64,000 bases of DNA from Coriobacteriia bacterium (GCA_030537255.1 JAUNOE010000001.1:11397-75396), one strand, 5' to 3'. Positions 7,283 through 15,803 are shown, numbered from the stretch's first letter. The notes: generated by a model not told the origin, from the letters alone. Translations and numbers: made by a program.

Positions 7283-9195
7283 TGAGAGGACACGCCGCAG
7301 CCTGGGCGATCCTCAGCGCAATCTTGACCGCCATCGTCTTTCCGCTGGCCTGGCCAGCCGTCACGGGGTACGCGAGCCCGCTCCCGGCCCTCGTATCGGG
7401 GCTTGAGGCCGTCCGTTCCGTCGGCTACCCCGCCGCCCTCCTCCAGAGCTACGGGATGCTGGCGTCGGGAGCCATTCCCCCGACGTCCTTCCTAATCACG
7501 GCAACGTTCTGCTCGGTCGTCGCGCTCCTCGTCGTCCTCTGGTCGGCCCTGTCCCAAGAGGAGGCCGTCTCGAAGGACAGCCTGCTCGGCTCGGCCAAGG
7601 TGAAGAACTCGCCGGCCGCACGGCTGAAGGGGAACGACAGCTGGAACGGCAAGAGGACGCCGAGGTCGGCCGGCCTGGTTTACGGCTTCGAGAGGGGGCG
7701 CTACCTCTACGAGTCGAGGACGCCACACGGCCTCGTGGTCGGCAGGACGGGTAGCGGCAAGAGCCGCTTCGTCCTCCTGCCGACGATGCACCTGTGCCTG
7801 GAGGCCGGCTACGGAATGGTCGTATCCGACGTCAAGAACGAGCTTTTCGAGCTGACCTCGGACAGGGCGCGCGAGAGGGGCCGCGTCGTCCTGCTCGACC
7901 TGGAGAACCCGCTAAGGGGCGACCGGTACAACCCCCTCCAGCTGATAGTCGCGGCGGTCGAGGCCGGGGACCAGAACGGGGCGAGGAACCTGGCCGACAG
8001 GCTGGCGGCCGACCTCGTGCCAGCCGAGCCACGAAATCCGTTCTTCAGCAACGCGGCGAGAGGGCTTCTTGCCGCCTGCTTCCTCGCTGTGGCCTCCTCC
8101 GGCGCTCCAACCGAGGAGAGGAACATGGCCTCTGTCTGCGACCTCGTGGAACGCGGCACCACCGGGAGCGGGGACGACCCGGCGCTCCCGTTGAAAAGGT
8201 TCTTCCTCGACATGGAACCGGAGAGCCCGGCCTTCGCCTGTGCGAGCGAGTTCCTTAGCGCGGGCACGGGCAACGCCGCAAAGAACGTGCTCAGCACGGC
8301 CAAGGTCGCCCTGCGCCCCTTCACCTCTCCGGGAATCCGCTGGATGACCGCCGAGAGCTCCCCCACCATCGACGAGATGGTCGGGCAGAGGACGTTCGTC
8401 TACCTACACGTCCTCGGAAAGGAGAACCCGTCGAACGTCATCCTGACGTCGTTCCTCAACCAGTGGTGGGCGCGGGCACGGGCGCATGCCGACATGAACG
8501 GAGGCACGCTCGAGACGCCGGTGATGCTCGGGCTGGACGAGCTGGGGAACTTCCCCAAGATCGACTGCCTAGGAGAGGTCCTTTCGCTCGGAAGGTCCTA
8601 TGGCGTCCGGTTCGCCGGCTTCGTCCAGGGAGTCGACCAGCTGAACGTCTACAACAAGCCGGGAGACAACGGCGCTGGCAGGAACGAGCTGCTCGCCAAC
8701 GTCGGGGTGAAGGTCGCGCTCGGCCTCTCGGACAGGTCCGACCGGGAGCTCTTCAGCGAGCTCGTCGGGCGGCACGTCGTGAAGGCCAGGGGAACCTCGG
8801 AGCAGAGGGGTGACGGACGCCAGGCGTTCGGCAGCTCCTCCAACGAGAGGGACACCGAGGTCATCCATTCCTGGGAATGGCTCTCCTTCTCGCCCGAGGA
8901 GGACGGCGCGGTAGTCGTCAAGGCCAAGGAGAACTACGTCCGGGGCCATGACGGGACGTTCCGGATGCCCCTCGTCGACGCCAGCAAGACGCCGGCCGGG
9001 CCCTACTTCGGGCTCGGCGCGAGGGAGGAGGAGACCAGGAAGCGCATGGCGGCGCTGAACGGCCTCCTCTGGAGGGAGGCTCACGCCGACCCGACGGTCC
9101 GCGCCTGGCGTCCGCCCCTCGACGAGGGAGGACCGGAAGGTGACGGCGGCAGGGCGAGCTCCGTCGGGGACGACGAATTCTCCGCCTGGGACTAG
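7282..9195 (+). CDS. virD4: VirD4/TraG type IV coupling protein
   Basis: Two N-terminal hydrophobic segments; Walker A GRTGSGKS, SDVKNEL, YNPL, Walker B LDELGNF, GRSYGV...Q; start at 7279 or 7282 coupled to the mobC stop. Confidence 0.9.
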   Translation: MRGHAAAWAILSAILTAIVFPLAWPAVTGYASPLPALVSGLEAVRSVGYPAALLQSYGMLASGAIPPTSFLITATFCSVVALLVVLWSALSQEEAVSKDSLLGSAKVKNSPAARLKGNDSWNGKRTPRSAGLVYGFERGRYLYESRTPHGLVVGRTGSGKSRFVLLPTMHLCLEAGYGMVVSDVKNELFELTSDRARERGRVVLLDLENPLRGDRYNPLQLIVAAVEAGDQNGARNLADRLAADLVPAEPRNPFFSNAARGLLAACFLAVASSGAPTEERNMASVCDLVERGTTGSGDDPALPLKRFFLDMEPESPAFACASEFLSAGTGNAAKNVLSTAKVALRPFTSPGIRWMTAESSPTIDEMVGQRTFVYLHVLGKENPSNVILTSFLNQWWARARAHADMNGGTLETPVMLGLDELGNFPKIDCLGEVLSLGRSYGVRFAGFVQGVDQLNVYNKPGDNGAGRNELLANVGVKVALGLSDRSDRELFSELVGRHVVKARGTSEQRGDGRQAFGSSSNERDTEVIHSWEWLSFSPEEDGAVVVKAKENYVRGHDGTFRMPLVDASKTPAGPYFGLGAREEETRKRMAALNGLLWREAHADPTVRAWRPPLDEGGPEGDGGRASSVGDDEFSAWD

Positions 9196-10094
9196 TGAGG
9201 CAAGTCATGACCATCATCAAGACCATGGGGGTTTCGAGCCCGGCCCACGTTGCCTCCCTCAAGGCGTACCTTGAGGACGGCCGAGCCCTGGCGCGGGAGA
9301 CCAGGAACGTCGTCGACCCCGAACGCGCCTTCGACGAGATGGAACGGACGAGGCACGCATACGGTCACGACGTGGCGGCTCGCGAAGGATGCAGGAACAC
9401 GCTGATGTGGCACCAGGTGATCGGGTTCCTCCCCGAGGAGGCCGACTTCAACGGCGGCACCATGACGGCGGAGCGCTGCATGGACTTCGCGAGAGAGTGG
9501 CTCGAGACCCGCTACCCGGACCAGGAGGCCGTCTTCGCACTGCACCGCGAGGGGTGCGCGGCCGACGGAACCGAGCGCTACGCGGTGCACGTCGCGATGA
9601 ACCGGACGATGCTGGACGGAAGCGGGAGGAGGCTCGACGAAGGTCCGGCGAGGGTCGCCAAGGCGACGCGAGCCAAAGCCATGCGGGCCATGGACGCGAG
9701 GTGGGGGCTCTCCCAGGTCCGGGCGAACGAGCGTAACAGCCGAATCCACGCACGCCAGCCAAGCAGGGCCGAGCGCGAGATGACCTCTCGTGGCATGACG
9801 CCCGAGAAGGAGCGCATCAGGGAGTGCGTCAAGACGAGGGTCCGGGAGGTCCGCGACGGCCCCTCGGCCGGGAACAAGATGCGGGAGCTCTCCCGCAGGG
9901 TCCAGGCCGACGGCATCCGCATGACCGTGAGCAAGTCGGGGCGCCAGCTGAAATTCGAGAGCCACGGTCTGGTCGTGAACGGCGAGAAACTCGGCCGCGG
10001 CTTCTCGATGGCCGGAATCGCGAGAGGTCTCGGGACGGACGCGGCCAGGAGCGCCGCCAGGCAGGCCGAGCGTGACGAGGGCATGGACAGGTAG
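9195..10094 (+). CDS. relaxase/mobilization nuclease (MOBP/VirD2-like)
   Basis: Motif I LKAYLE, motif II HQVIGFLPEE, motif III region ALHRE...YAVHVAMNR; downstream of mobC-virD4; start GTG 9195 or a nearby downstream ATG (MTIIK). Confidence 0.8.
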   Translation: MRQVMTIIKTMGVSSPAHVASLKAYLEDGRALARETRNVVDPERAFDEMERTRHAYGHDVAAREGCRNTLMWHQVIGFLPEEADFNGGTMTAERCMDFAREWLETRYPDQEAVFALHREGCAADGTERYAVHVAMNRTMLDGSGRRLDEGPARVAKATRAKAMRAMDARWGLSQVRANERNSRIHARQPSRAEREMTSRGMTPEKERIRECVKTRVREVRDGPSAGNKMRELSRRVQADGIRMTVSKSGRQLKFESHGLVVNGEKLGRGFSMAGIARGLGTDAARSAARQAERDEGMDR

Positions 10095-10115
10095 CCTGGA
10101 TGGCCACCTGTCCCA

Positions 10116-10212
10116 GAGGGGACGGAACGGGCAAGGGCCCCGCTCCGTCCCCTCCCGTTTTCCGCAGAGCGGAAAACCAAGATGGAAACGTGCCACGTTT
10201 CCCAAATCTTGC
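10116..10212 (+). other. candidate oriT (stacked inverted repeats and a nic-like ATCTTG^C)
   Basis: Hairpins GAGGGGACGGA/TCCGTCCCCTC and TTTTCCGC/GCGGAAAA; GGAAACGTG-C-CACGTTTCC (10184-10202) followed by ATCTTGC, similar to the MOBP nic ATCCTG^C. Confidence 0.45.
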
Positions 10213-10602
10213 AAGGCCGTGGGCCTGGCGACTCGACCCGTTGAGCCGGACGCACGGCATTGCGAGCGGAGGTTGAGCCGCGACACGCGCAAAGGCGACC
10301 TATGGGGAGCGTTTGCGCATCGTCGTGGCGACCCGGAGCGAGAGCCCGCCGGCCGGCAACGGGGCGACCTATGGGAAGCGCCTTGCCCGCGGCGGGCGGC
10401 GTGAGCGGAGGCACAGTGGAGCCGATCCATGGAAGGATCCGAACGGAGCCAAAGCGGGTCGCGCGTCCCCACGAGGGCGCGCGACGTCGGCCGCATGGCC
10501 GACCCCCCACATGGAGCGACGCGGAATGTGGGGGGCCCGGGCCCGACACGCGAGCAGGAAGGACTGGCCCCGGGCCCGTCGAGGGGCTCGAAGCCGTCGG
10601 GG

Positions 10603-10950
10603 CTAAATCGCCGTGTGCAGGCGGACGAAGGCCCGGGTGCCGCCCAGGAGCATCACCGAGAGGACGTCGAGGCGCACGTCGCACGTCGGCGCGTCGCTGT
10701 CCGCGAGCCAATTCATGGCGACCGCCTCGAGCATCGCCCTGTCGCGGTCCTCGGATTTGGCCGGGGGAAACTCGTCGCCCCTCCTGGCGTGCACGGCCGC
10801 GAAGCAGAGGACCCCCTCGTCGGCGTCGCGGTAGACTGCGACCGTCCTGTCCTCGCCGTCGCTCAGGACCTCCAGCACCTCGCCGCGCCTCGCGAGGAAC
10901 TTCCTAGCGGCCCTGATTCCCTTATCGGTGGTCGCTTCGATGGTTTCCAT
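10603..10950 (-). CDS. YraN/UPF0102-like protein, catalytic motif apparently degenerate
   Basis: METIEATTDKGIRAARKFLARRG...LCFAAVHAR...LEAVAMNWLA...VRLDVLSV...HTAI follows the YraN pattern; GGAGG RBS before ATG 10950. Confidence 0.75.
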   Translation of the reverse strand: METIEATTDKGIRAARKFLARRGEVLEVLSDGEDRTVAVYRDADEGVLCFAAVHARRGDEFPPAKSEDRDRAMLEAVAMNWLADSDAPTCDVRLDVLSVMLLGGTRAFVRLHTAI

Positions 10951-10977
10951 ATCGTTGCCTCCTCGGCTCTGGAGGTA

Positions 10978-11167
10978 GCCCCCTTTGGGCTTCCTTGTGA
11001 CATGGACGGGCGCACGCCGTGCGTGGCTCCGGAAGGGAGGAAAGCGAAACCCGAAAGGGCCCGAGCTTTTCCGGGGCGCGAATGCGGTCCAGAAAAGGTT
11101 TTCGCGAGCCCTTGCGGCGCTGCGTGCGGTGGGCGAGCCTGACATGTCCAAGGGAGGCCAAGGGGGC
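10978..11167 (+). promoter_or_regulatory. long imperfect hairpin, candidate single-stranded-DNA promoter (Frpo/ssi-like)
   Basis: Outer arms GCCCCCTTTGGGCTTCCTTGTGACATG / CATGTCCAAGGGAGGCCAAGGGGGC; inner arms 11011-11037 / 11109-11135; immediately upstream of the YraN-like gene. Confidence 0.55.
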
Positions 11168-11261
11168 GGCCGGACGCGGAGGCCCGGCAAGCGGACCGGC
11201 GACGAGCGAGGTGGGGGCCTGGTCGCGGACGGTCGCCCAGGGAAGGAAAGGGCGCTCCCCG

Positions 11262-11648
11262 TCAGTCGGAAGGAGCCAGGTCGGCGGCCGTCTTCACCAC
11301 CCAGTCGGCAGGTCCCGGGACCGGGTTCTCGAACGCCTCGCACACGTCGACGTCTCCGAGCAGGACGGCCCCGCAATTTGGGCAGAAACGGGCGTCTTCG
11401 GGCGTCTCGCGCTAACAGGACTCGCAGCTCCAGAAGTCGTCCTGCTCGTCGGGCCTCGTCCTCCTCGCCACGTCGGGGATGACGGCCACGGCTTCCTCAA
11501 GACGTCCCTCGCGGACGAGCCTCTCGGCAAGGACGTAGCGGCGCTCCAGCATCCTGTACGGCCCGTACGGGACGAAGGAGCCTTCCACCATCTCGCCATG
11601 GGCGATTGCCAGCTCCCTGAAGAACCTGGCCCCGATCCTATTCGCCAC
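11262..11648 (-). pseudogene. zinc-ribbon protein interrupted by an in-frame TAG
   Basis: ...DDFWSCESC*RETPEDARFCPNCGAVLL...; the frame stays open 150 nt past TAG (11412-11414) to TGA at 11262; GTG 11648 has a GAGGCGG RBS (alternative start 11696). Confidence 0.65.
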
Positions 11649-11912
11649 GTTCGGCCACCGCCTCGGCACGCGGCATCTTCTTCCAATGTTCGACAAACGC
11701 CTTCGCTTTTCGCTTTGCCTCGACAGCAGAACCCAAGGGACCCTCCGTAAACCAAAAGTGCATGTAGTCGGCCAAATGGCTCCAGACGATTCTACTTTCC
11801 AGGAGGCTCATTTGCCCCTCGGGAGGCGCGACGAACCACCAATGGCCTGGTTTCGATTGTCGAGGAATTGTGAAGACAGCAGGTCAAACCAAAATATTCA
11901 TTTAAAAAAATA

Positions 11913-11931
11913 TTTGCCCCTGATTTGCCCC
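11913..11931. repeat. putative integrase arm-type sites, right end
   Basis: TTTGCCCC at 11913 and 11924 (11-bp period); another copy at 11811. Confidence 0.7.
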
Positions 11932-11967
11932 CAAAACCCGTTTTTCAGGGTCTTGCGCAACAAAAAA

Positions 11968-11984
11968 CGCAGGTCAGAATTTCC

Positions 11985-11997
<13 letters not shown>
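11968..11997 (-). terminator. intrinsic terminator of the reconstituted tRNA-Met
   Basis: CGCAGGTCAGAAT / ATTCTGACCTGCG stem, followed by a U-tract on the - strand. Confidence 0.75.
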
Positions 11998-12082
<85 letters not shown>

Positions 12083-12191
12083 CTATGTGCAGCGCGTTTA
12101 ACGCGATTAGTAACTTTACTTGCAGCACCACCTGAATGCAAGGAAAAATTCCGAATACTGAAACCTTCTTCACATTTTGAACACAATGAGC

Positions 12192-13358
12192 CTACCAGAT
12201 GCCTAGAACATGCTGAACGCCCAAGCTCACGCAGGCGATAGCCACCCAGCAAGCAAAGCCCAAAAGAATCGGCTTGCCGCCACTCTTCACCAGCTTCACC
12301 ACGTCAGTATTCAAGCCAACGGCAACCATTGCCATCACGATCATGAACTTCGACAACAGTTTCATGGGCTCAAACGCCTCTGCTGGCACTCCACAATAGC
12401 CCACCATCGTGGTAACGCACGCAGCAACCACGAACCACAGGATGAACAGTGGGAATGCCCGCTTGAAGCTGAAAGTGCTCTTGGGCTGACCTGCAGAACC
12501 TTTCACCTGGACCCTGGATGAACTCGGGCCCTGAACGCTAGACACACCCTGGGACTGAGAACCAGCGCATTCCCGTTCGGCTCCAATCTGGCACGTCTCT
12601 GCCAAGCTGGCAGCCTGTCGCTCTTTACGCATTACCCAAAGGGCCAGCACAAACGTGATTGGGATGATCATCAAAGTACGCGTCAGCTTCACGATAGTTG
12701 CGCCCGTCAGCGTATCCGCCCCAGGATGCAGGCCATCCCACGCCGCTGCAGCCGCCGTCACCGACGACGTATCGTTGATAGCTGTGCCTGCCCACAGCGC
12801 AAAGCCGTCGTTGGACAAACCCAACATGCCACCCAAAGTAGGAAACACCAGGCATGCCACCACGTTGAACAGGAACACCACCGAAATGGCCAGGGCAACC
12901 TCTTCGTCCTTTGCCTTGATCACGGGAGCCGTAGCTGCAATAGCCGATCCACCGCAGATGGACGAACCGACGCCCACCAAAGTTGCCACGCGCCCCGGAA
13001 TGTCCAGCACCCGGAACAGCACGAAGGCCATCAACAGCGAGGTCGCAATGGTAGACAGAATCACCGGCAACGAAGTCAGGCCTACCTGCGCAATCTGCAG
13101 CAAGTTGAGGCCAAAGCCCAGCAGGATTACCGCATACTGCAGCACCTTCTTGCTGGTGAACTGGATACCAGCCTGCAAAGCCCCTCGCCGCCGCCACGCC
13201 AGGGCAATCAGCATGCCCAACAGGATCGCGAACACAGGGCCACCCACCACAGGCACGGCACAACCCAGCAGCCAACAGGGCACGGCCAAGGCCATACACA
13301 AAACAACGCCAGGCGCGTAGGTCCTGGCGTTGTCGAATTTAGAATGAAATGCGCTCAC
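12192..13358 (-). CDS. YeiH family (putative sulfate exporter) membrane protein
   Basis: [22 protein letters not shown] and VKLTRTL motifs; many TM segments. Confidence 0.92.
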   Translation of the reverse strand: MSAFHSKFDNARTYAPGVVLCMALAVPCWLLGCAVPVVGGPVFAILLGMLIALAWRRRGALQAGIQFTSKKVLQYAVILLGFGLNLLQIAQVGLTSLPVILSTIATSLLMAFVLFRVLDIPGRVATLVGVGSSICGGSAIAATAPVIKAKDEEVALAISVVFLFNVVACLVFPTLGGMLGLSNDGFALWAGTAINDTSSVTAAAAAWDGLHPGADTLTGATIVKLTRTLMIIPITFVLALWVMRKERQAASLAETCQIGAERECAGSQSQGVSSVQGPSSSRVQVKGSAGQPKSTFSFKRAFPLFILWFVVAACVTTMVGYCGVPAEAFEPMKLLSKFMIVMAMVAVGLNTDVVKLVKSGGKPILLGFACWVAIACVSLGVQHVLGIW

Positions 13359-13400
13359 AAGTATCTTTCTAGTGCGCGCCTGGGATCATCACTGCAGGTA

Positions 13401-14408
13401 TCAATTGCGCGCGACCAGTTCAATATAGTCCTTGTCGTACGTGCAATTCAAGCCCAGTTCGTGACCTCGGGAAATAAGGTCGGCATCAGCGTCAACAGTA
13501 TGGGCCATCACCAGGTGGGCACCCGCCTTGTCGGCAGCGCGAAGCAAATCGCCCGAAGGCTCGGCACCGCCCAGAAGAATGCACTGGTACTCGCACAAGA
13601 CCGCATCGTGGTCGCATTCCAGAAGTTCGCGCAGGTGCGTTGCAACCACGCTAATATGCGTGACCTTCAAGGGCAGCACGTCATTGAGCACGCGCAAGGT
13701 AGAGTAGCGCGAATACAGCAGGAACGGCGTCGCATTCATCAGGGAACGAACCATCACCTGAAAGCCGTCGATGCCACACAGGGGCAAAACCAACTGCCAC
13801 ACGGTGTCTTTGCCCACTTTGAGCTGCTCGTTGGCCTGGCGCGCAGAACGAGTCAGGCGCGCCCACGTCAGCGGAACAGCAACCGGAGCAGCAGTACCCT
13901 TCGTGGCAAACATGACCACACCGCAGGCTTCAGGATCGAATGCCTCCAGGCGCTCCTCGGCAAAATCCTTCAAGCTGTCAGCATCGATCTTTGCAGCCAG
14001 CTCACCGGCGGAAACCTGCGCGATTTCGGAAAGCTCCATGCCGCAAGCATCCAGCATGAGACGCGTAAAGTCACCTTCCTCAAGGGTGATCGCCACGCTG
14101 CCCAGTTCATCCAGGCACTCCTGGTGCTGACGGTCAGAAAAACGCGGGTTCACCAGCGCCAGATCAAAGCCGCCCCATGCAGCAGCCAGCGACGCAACCA
14201 CCAGTTCAGGGCCGTTGTACATGCGGCACGCCACGATACTGCCCGGCTGCACGCCATTGCGCAGCAGGCCCTGCGCCAGAGCCACCGACGCAAAGTTTGC
14301 CTGCGCAAAGGAATAGGTGATGGACGGACCGTCGTCCTGCAAGCAGAAGAAGGTGTGTTCGCCGTAAACGCGCGACAGACGTTCGAACTCGTGCAACAAG
14401 TCGTTCAT
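13401..14408 (-). CDS. truncated, degenerate AMP-binding (MenE-like) protein
   Basis: Adenylation N-domain features (WQLVLPL, THISVVAT, ILLGGA); P-loop reads FATKGTAAPVAV; only 335 aa. Confidence 0.7.
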   Translation of the reverse strand: MNDLLHEFERLSRVYGEHTFFCLQDDGPSITYSFAQANFASVALAQGLLRNGVQPGSIVACRMYNGPELVVASLAAAWGGFDLALVNPRFSDRQHQECLDELGSVAITLEEGDFTRLMLDACGMELSEIAQVSAGELAAKIDADSLKDFAEERLEAFDPEACGVVMFATKGTAAPVAVPLTWARLTRSARQANEQLKVGKDTVWQLVLPLCGIDGFQVMVRSLMNATPFLLYSRYSTLRVLNDVLPLKVTHISVVATHLRELLECDHDAVLCEYQCILLGGAEPSGDLLRAADKAGAHLVMAHTVDADADLISRGHELGLNCTYDKDYIELVARN

Positions 14409-14414
14409 GAGACG

Positions 14415-15461
14415 CTACTCGCCGTCCTGTTCTTTCCTGGCCTGGGCAGCCGCAAGCTTTTCGGCGGCCTGAGCCTGGAGCTCTTCCTGGTTTTCCTCAA
14501 GGTCGCGACGGTTGCCCATCAGGATGACGCCTTCGTCAGCAAGCTGCTTCAGGTGCTTCTTGTTGCCGTAATCGCGAGAGAAGCCCAGGTACTCAACGGG
14601 AATCTGACCCTTGACCACTTCGGGATTCTCCATGTCCTTGACGGATGCGAAGTAGTCCTCGCACTGCTTGGCCAAAGCCTGAACCTGGGCAAAGGTAAGC
14701 ACTTCTTCGGTGGAGTTGTCCTTGATGAACTCGCAGATGTCTTCGATGCAACCCACGAACTTGGTGGGGTCGAAGGCCACTTCCATGTCCTCTTCGCCTT
14801 CGAAGTCATCGGAGTCCTGCTCGGGCGCGTCGTCCACCGTGGTGTCCAAGGCGTCGGCGACACCTTCGGCGTCCTTAGCGTTGGCGTCTTCCGACTCGTC
14901 GTAGTCGTAGTCGTCCCAATCGTCATCGTCTTCGAATTCGTCATCCAAACGATAGGGATTCAGATGAATGTCGATGCGCGTACCGTTGGGGAGAACGGCC
15001 ATGGGGAAAATGGGCACGTCAGCCGTTGCGGGCACGGCGTGCGTCAGAGCATGCTGATGCACCAGGGCACGCCACATGGGAGACGTGAAGCCGCGCGAGC
15101 CCATGCCCATGGCCGTGGACTTGTACCAATGGCTGTTGCCAAAGCGACCACGAATGCGACCCGCCTCGATGGCGTACTCAAGAATAAAGATGCCATATAC
15201 GCTAAAGATGATATGGCTACCCGTGGACTTGCCCAGAAGCGTCATGTACAGGGGGTTCTTCACCACGATGAACTTGTCGGTAGGCAGCTTGCCCAGCTCC
15301 GCGGGAATGTAGATGCCCGTAGAGTCAAAGCGATCCTGCTCCTCCTTGCGCTTCTTTCCGCCGCGAACCAGCGAAACCACGATGGCGATCAGGCCGCCGA
15401 TGGTGAGCGCCGCCACCAAAAAATATGACAAATAGTCGATAGGCTGCATGTCCTGGAACAT
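14415..15461 (-). CDS. membrane-anchored NERD-like domain protein with an acidic insert
   Basis: N-terminal TM helix; HIIFSVYGIFILE...GRIRG...W...FTSP resembles the NERD domain; long D/E-rich tract. Confidence 0.7.
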   Translation of the reverse strand: MFQDMQPIDYLSYFLVAALTIGGLIAIVVSLVRGGKKRKEEQDRFDSTGIYIPAELGKLPTDKFIVVKNPLYMTLLGKSTGSHIIFSVYGIFILEYAIEAGRIRGRFGNSHWYKSTAMGMGSRGFTSPMWRALVHQHALTHAVPATADVPIFPMAVLPNGTRIDIHLNPYRLDDEFEDDDDWDDYDYDESEDANAKDAEGVADALDTTVDDAPEQDSDDFEGEEDMEVAFDPTKFVGCIEDICEFIKDNSTEEVLTFAQVQALAKQCEDYFASVKDMENPEVVKGQIPVEYLGFSRDYGNKKHLKQLADEGVILMGNRRDLEENQEELQAQAAEKLAAAQARKEQDGE

Positions 15462-15518
15462 GACTTTCCTTCCCCCTCTTAGGACCCCTCTTCGGCCCTC
15501 CTATGCAAGCGATCCGTT

Positions 15519-15788
15519 CTAGATCTTGTACATGAACTGGAACAGGTCCTCACGCTGAATGACAATCTGGACACCCAGGTCTTCGCCGACCTTGGTCAGG
15601 GCATCCTGCACCTCGTTGAAATCTGCGACGGATTCGTCCAGACGCACCAGCATGGTCATGCTGAACATGTCCTGCAAGAGCGACTGATTGATGTCGTCGA
15701 TGCTGGCACCCTTGTCGGCCAGTGCGGTGGAGACGGCAGCGACGATGCCGGTGCGGTCCTTGCCCAGAACGGAGATGACACAACGCAT
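15519..15788 (-). CDS. ACT domain protein (UPF0237)
   Basis: ISVLGKDRTGIVAAVS...QREDLFQFMYKI; 89 aa. Confidence 0.92.
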   Translation of the reverse strand: MRCVISVLGKDRTGIVAAVSTALADKGASIDDINQSLLQDMFSMTMLVRLDESVADFNEVQDALTKVGEDLGVQIVIQREDLFQFMYKI

Positions 15789-15803
15789 TAGAAGTTCCTT
15801 CCT

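Noticed and set aside
11412-11414. Pyrrolysine or programmed amber readthrough
   Set aside because: No pyl genes in the window, and many normal genes here end in TAG; nonsense mutation or sequencing error is simpler
9192-11750. Many long overlapping Arg/Pro/Gly-rich ORFs (e.g. 9192..10496, 9578..10711, 10260..10907, 10429..11142, 11019..11750)
   Set aside because: Typical stop-poor shadow frames in very GC-rich DNA; no motifs, and they overlap better-supported genes or hairpin regions
12726-15428. 900-aa plus-strand ORF
   Set aside because: Antisense shadow of three minus-strand genes with recognisable domains; no motif of its own
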